NCBI GenBank assembly: GCA_051294905.1
Contig: CM119372.1
Location: 24,616,001 to 24,680,000, forward strand
Origin: Botryllus schlosseri
Lineage: Eukaryota
Direction: 5' to 3'
DNA length: 64,000 bases
The position numbers and the translations under genes are program-made. Below the pieces are notes generated by a model. It made no database searches. It was given only the letters and a program-made list of their open reading frames with translations, and had not been told where the DNA came from. Positions 59,201 to 64,000 of the stretch are shown here, piece after piece (position 1 is the first letter of the stretch; each line of letters starts with the position of its first letter).

Positions 59201-62200
59201 GGCTTTAGAATTAGAGTCGTCGGGTCGAAATCGAAAACAATTTCTGATGTCTGTTTTGCGAAAATCGGCCTCCTCGATCTTGCAAGTGGTTTGTACCAGA
59301 TAGGGCCGTATGTTATCCCATGCAGTCTTGAGTCATACGTCTTGGTCCACGCCATGCGAGTCGAGTCACCAAAAAATCCTGACTCGACTCGTTACAACCC
59401 TAGTTTTGACCCCCGAGCGGCATTGACAAAATAGATACACGTCGACATTGGTGACATTGACAAATTAAATCACACCCCAATCATAGCGGGCAAAACATGT
59501 AGCACAAAGCTTGGCAATGTGCATGTTCAGTGTTCACTGAATCCACATTTTTGTGAAGTAGTGAACAACTTGTAGTGTTGTCAGAGAGCACTATATCATA
59601 ATCAGTGTTTACAAATTTTAGATCCTTTTTCATTACATATAATCAGCATTTTTGCTTCGTAGTCGCATAAAGCCATTAATGCTCGACTCGAACAACCGAG
59701 GTTCCGGTACGTGATTTCGCACATCCCTTGCCCCACTCTTTTCGGCAATACACACAGTGCGGGTGCCATGAAATGTTTCTCTGTGTTTGGGTCGGGGATT
59801 AGAGGGATTTTGTTGACAGCGATTGGCAAGATGTAATCTGGATCTAAATCCACATATTATGATTGATTCACACATTTTAATATCTATTGGAATACTCGGT
59901 AACAGTAATACTATTGGTAATACTCGGTCGACATATTTGTAGGATCAGAGGACAATCGAAGAACGGGCAACACCGGCATTCGTCTCAAGGAATCCGGTTC
60001 GATCAACACGTCGCTTCACGTTCTTGGAAAAGTCGTCGATGCGTTGAATGCGGGATGTGCCGGCAGGATCCCGTATCGCGACAGCAAACTGACCCGGCTT
60101 TTGCAGGTTTGTTGTTGAAATTTGTTAACTCGAACCGCTCGGAAGATTCTATTGTATAGTATATTCATTTCAATATGAATATACTATTCAATTGTATATT
60201 GAAGTTCTGTTCCTCCAAGAAGCTCTTCAGATTCTATTGTACGCAATTATTTCAATAACCCAGTAACTGCAACAATAAATTTCAATTTGAAACGCTGATC
60301 ATTTCAGTTTATTGTTGTAGGCCGATTCACCGCTGTAGCTGGAAAACAATTTACTTTTAATTCTCAGGATTCTTTGGGAGGGAGCGCCCACACTTGTATG
60401 ATGGTGAACGTTTCTCCTGAACTTTCGTCAATCTACGATACCCATTCCACAATGAATTTTGCTACAAAGAGTAAAAGTATAATCAACAAGTGAGTGCTCA
60501 TTGTTTGTGACGGAAGTCTCTCATCTGTCCGTGTGCAGATGTCCGGCTTCACTTGGTATAATTCACTGATTGATAGATGTACTGGTAGTAGAAGTAGAAG
60601 CTTAAAATCTCATATTTGGGAGCTGTGTCCTTGCAGTAGCGTAGCCAAGCATTTTGGTGAGGCTGGTGGCTGCAACGATGCTTAACTGACGACTGCAGGC
60701 CACTGTAAACATACTTGTTATGTACCGCTGTAGAGTTATACACCGATTCTAGTGATATCTCCTGTCTCCAGGCCGTTCACCCTGGAAGAGAAATCGGACA
60801 CGAAGGAAAACATTCTGGCAGAACTGAAAGTAGTATCTCCTGAAACTCCTACCACTTCAAATACCACCCGTCAAGAATATGCACCGTTTCTAAGTCCATT
60901 GATTAGAAAACACATGGCGAAAATGGAGTCCAGCGTGAGTTTTGTTGTTGATCGATATTTATGCACAAGTGCAATTCGCTAAATTGGGTAATTTTGAAAT
61001 GCGCTCCGTTATGATTGTTGTGTAGCACTGGGGAGCCGGGCGAATTTTTAATCAGCGCTCCTTACCTACAGACGACATGAATCCTATCAAATTCAAGTTA
61101 TGACTCTGCGAAAAACACCTCTCTTGTTCACCATTGAAGTCGCGACTCCGGCACCTGCTCGCAAATCTTCCCTCAAGTCACAATTGTGTCTCAAACTATG
61201 ACTCGCTATTAATGCTCCCTCTAAGCTGCGCAATTGTGCAGTGCTGACAAGGTCTCTGCGCACTGAAAATCTATGCTGTGCACAAAAATTCCGATTTTTT
61301 TAGTCGTTATGCACTGTTGTCAAAGGGACCGCGCAGTGAGTTGGTGAGTTCGCGCAGGCTCGTGAAAAATTAGAGGGAACATTGCTCGCTATGCTGGCAA
61401 CAATCCGCTATTTCTATATAATTCAACCTGGATTAGGTCAGATATCGGTGGCGTATTATATTCTGTTTTCAATAGGACTGCCATTCTCTATAATTCTCAC
61501 TGAAGTGACGATTCGTCTCGGAATTTGTGCTTGCCAGATGTGAGTTGATTTGCTACTTTCAAAGCCATATCCTGTTCCTTATTTGAGATTTAAATTCAAA
61601 TTGAAATTGTCTCAAATCCAAGTCTGAATTCGTTAATCGATAACATTTGTTAGAGTCACTCGAAAATTGAAAATGATATCAGAAATTTCATGTTCAAGAC
61701 TAATTCCAGCTTCAAAACACTCTCAATCCGTATCCGGTCCAAATCCAGCTGCAACCATCAAATGCACGCTTATCGCTGGCCCTAGCGCTTCTGCCATGTC
61801 AACTACGCTGCATCTGAGAATCGGGTCGTGTGTTCTTATTTGCGATTGTTTACGTTTTTTGTGGTTGTTTCAGCTTCAAGGCAGGCTGGACCGGATCGAA
61901 AATCTCATGAAAGCGACTCAGACAAGCGGGGAATCGTCTGTGAAGCCGAAGTTGGAGCTGGAGGAGAAATTTCGTCAGCACGACTCTCATTTGGACGGTA
62001 TACGGAAATCTGCCAAGAAAATTAAGGTTTGTCGGACATCGCCATGGCCAGGCGAAATTGAGTATGTTAACAACAGCTGCTGCCAGCGACATTTCGAAAT
62101 CGAAACTTCGGTAAGCCCATACCGAAACCTTGAATATTAGTAGTCATCTTGTGTACTCGAATAGAGGTAGAAGTAATGTTACATTTCTACTCGAGTACAA

Positions 62201-63943
62201 GTTGAAGTAACAAAGTAGCCAGTAAGTATTTTTAACTCTTTGTGATCGGCCGACCCCTGACCAAAATTTCACTGCATCCTTGAAAAAGCCATAAAATGCC
62301 ATCCATGAGACTCGAATCGACGCCCAATATATTGCCGTAAACCTGAAGTTGCCACCTATTGGACCGAGATACTCTATCGGCTCAGACGCGAGAGGGAGTG
62401 GCGTTACCGAGGAAGTGTTCTCGATTTTTTGAAAATAAAAAATAATTTTGTTCTTCAATTTCTCCTGACGTCGTATATAGGCCTTCTTGACCACCTGATT
62501 GCCTACTGCATGAAACTCGCTCCAACGAGATATTACACGCTATTATAACGCTGATATTGCGAAGGTAGTGAGGATAAGCATGGCTCACGCGGCCGCCGCC
62601 GATGAGCTAAAGGCAACTCGCGCCCAGTTCTACATAACATAGTAGGTACGCTCCCTTAGCGGCGTTGCCTATCTTATTAAAATACACACTATTGAAGTGT
62701 TATCAACCTCAGTAGCTTATTATGTGTAACTTCCAACTGCATAACGCAATCGTAAGTGAACACAAATGGCTTTATTTGACACTGCCCAGTGCCCCTTCGC
62801 GTTCGAGAATTCATTCATTTTATGTGACACAGTATTGCTTTATTTCACAACAATTTGAACTGTATTCTACACGGCTAATGTTCCATATATAGGCCAATCA
62901 ACAGTATTCATAGAAGCCAACAGTAAATTCGTACAATTTGAAATTGCCTGAAGCAATTGTACGTGTGTTTGAAACCCAACCAGTCAGGTGCTCTTACGCA
63001 GCCATGATTTTCACTTAATAAGGTATTGCTCTCTTTCACATCAATTTGAAACATCTTCTACATGCTAATCTTCGACTTTGATAGAATGGTATAAACAACA
63101 AATCATAGAAGGTAACTGTAATTGGTTATATGACCTCTCGAACGGAAGGTACAATGGTTTATATTTCAGGCGTTGTTTCACACGAACATCGTTACAAATT
63201 CAATTTTGCGGGAAATGTTTTTGTGTGTTCAATCTGCATTTCAAGCAGGATGTACATTGATATAATAGGTTATACATACATGGTCTGATGTATGCGTTGC
63301 GTATTCGTAAGAGCTATCCATATAAAACGATTGTAACAGTTTATGACCAATACAGGTCTAGCTATCTTAGATTAAATAACGACTCCTCTGTGTTAATGAG
63401 TCGCGGTCTAGTATACTAGATGCCGGTTTCAAAGGGTTAAACCTAGTTTTACCTAAAAAAATTGAAAACTGTCAAGTAGAAGTGAAAATAGTCCAAAACA
63501 TCTTGAGTAAGTAGTGAGCACTGTTCTCTCTAACCTGCGCAAATGCGCAGTGGTGACACGGTCTCTGCGCACAGAAAATTCGAAGTAATGACCTTTTTTT
63601 AGCCGTTACGCACTATCGTCGAAGGTTCTGCGCAATGAGTTGGTGAGTGTGCGCAGACTCGTCCAAAATTAGAGGGAACATTGGTAGTGAGTACTGCAAA
63701 AAGAACTCTGTTGCTGATCACCTCTGTATTCTGCTTATCATTGCATTTGACGTCAACACCTCAGTTTAACATTATTTTTATGACCATTACTGTTTACTGA
63801 TTCCCGTCTGCAGTCTCTCCACGTGCAGCAGAAGGAGCTGAAAGAGCTTCGAGCTGCGAAGCGAACGTCAGTTGTCGACGACGACTTCTCCCCCTTCGTT
63901 CTGAAGAGAAGGAAAGTCAGCACGGCGTCATCTCGAAACAACG
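56298..63943 (+). CDS. KIF22: Kinesin-10 family motor (KIF22/Kid-like), 5' part. Exons 56298-56300, 56358-56465, 56591-56762, 56867-57018, 57788-57997, 58059-58128, 59943-60106, 60368-60489, 60772-60934, 61874-62026, 63814-63943; continues beyond the window
   Basis: Phase-consistent GT-AG exons give [90 protein letters not shown] and GPTG point to KIF22. Confidence 0.9.
58711..59477. mobile_element. Long-TIR MITE with 9-bp TSD (MULE-like) in a kinesin intron
   Basis: GGGTGTGTTTAATTTGTCAATGTC / GACATTGACAAATTAAATCACACCC; TSD CAATCATAG (58702-58710, 59478-59486). Confidence 0.75.
61210..61384. mobile_element. CAATGTTCCCTC-family MITE
   Basis: Ends TAATGCTCCCTCT / AGAGGGAACATTG; perfect TSD CTCGCTAT. 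Confidence 0.88.
63519..63683. mobile_element. CAATGTTCCCTC-family MITE
   Basis: Ends CACTGTTCTCTCT / AGAGGGAACATTG; perfect TSD GTAGTGAG. Confidence 0.88.
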
Positions 63944-64000
63944 GTACGCTTTAGGAATTTACTCTGCCGCAATTTGCGCGAATCTTTATTGGCATTATTC

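Overview
AT-rich, transposon-dense animal genomic DNA with short GT-AG introns. An invertebrate chordate such as an ascidian is my guess; the sequence alone does not prove it. Host genes: an intronless ~940-aa DUF294/GlnD-like nucleotidyltransferase with a helical/TPR-like tail (27699-30521), an intronless epsilon-tubulin (54028-55479), and the first 11 coding exons of a KIF22/Kid-like kinesin (56298 to past the window end). Large mobile elements: (1) a near-intact Ty3/Gypsy LTR retrotransposon (15610-19787) with no tRNA primer-binding site but a hairpin compatible with self-priming; (2) a decayed RNase H-bearing I-group LINE; (3) a full-length Tx1/L1-type LINE inserted inside a hAT element; (4) a long-TIR P-element with a spliced, internally deleted transposase and a second convergent ORF; (5) a 3' L2/CR1 fragment. 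There are also tRNA-derived SINEs and many nested MITEs with readable target-site duplications. Best leads: the nucleotidyltransferase-TPR gene, the putative self-priming Gypsy and the two-gene P-element.
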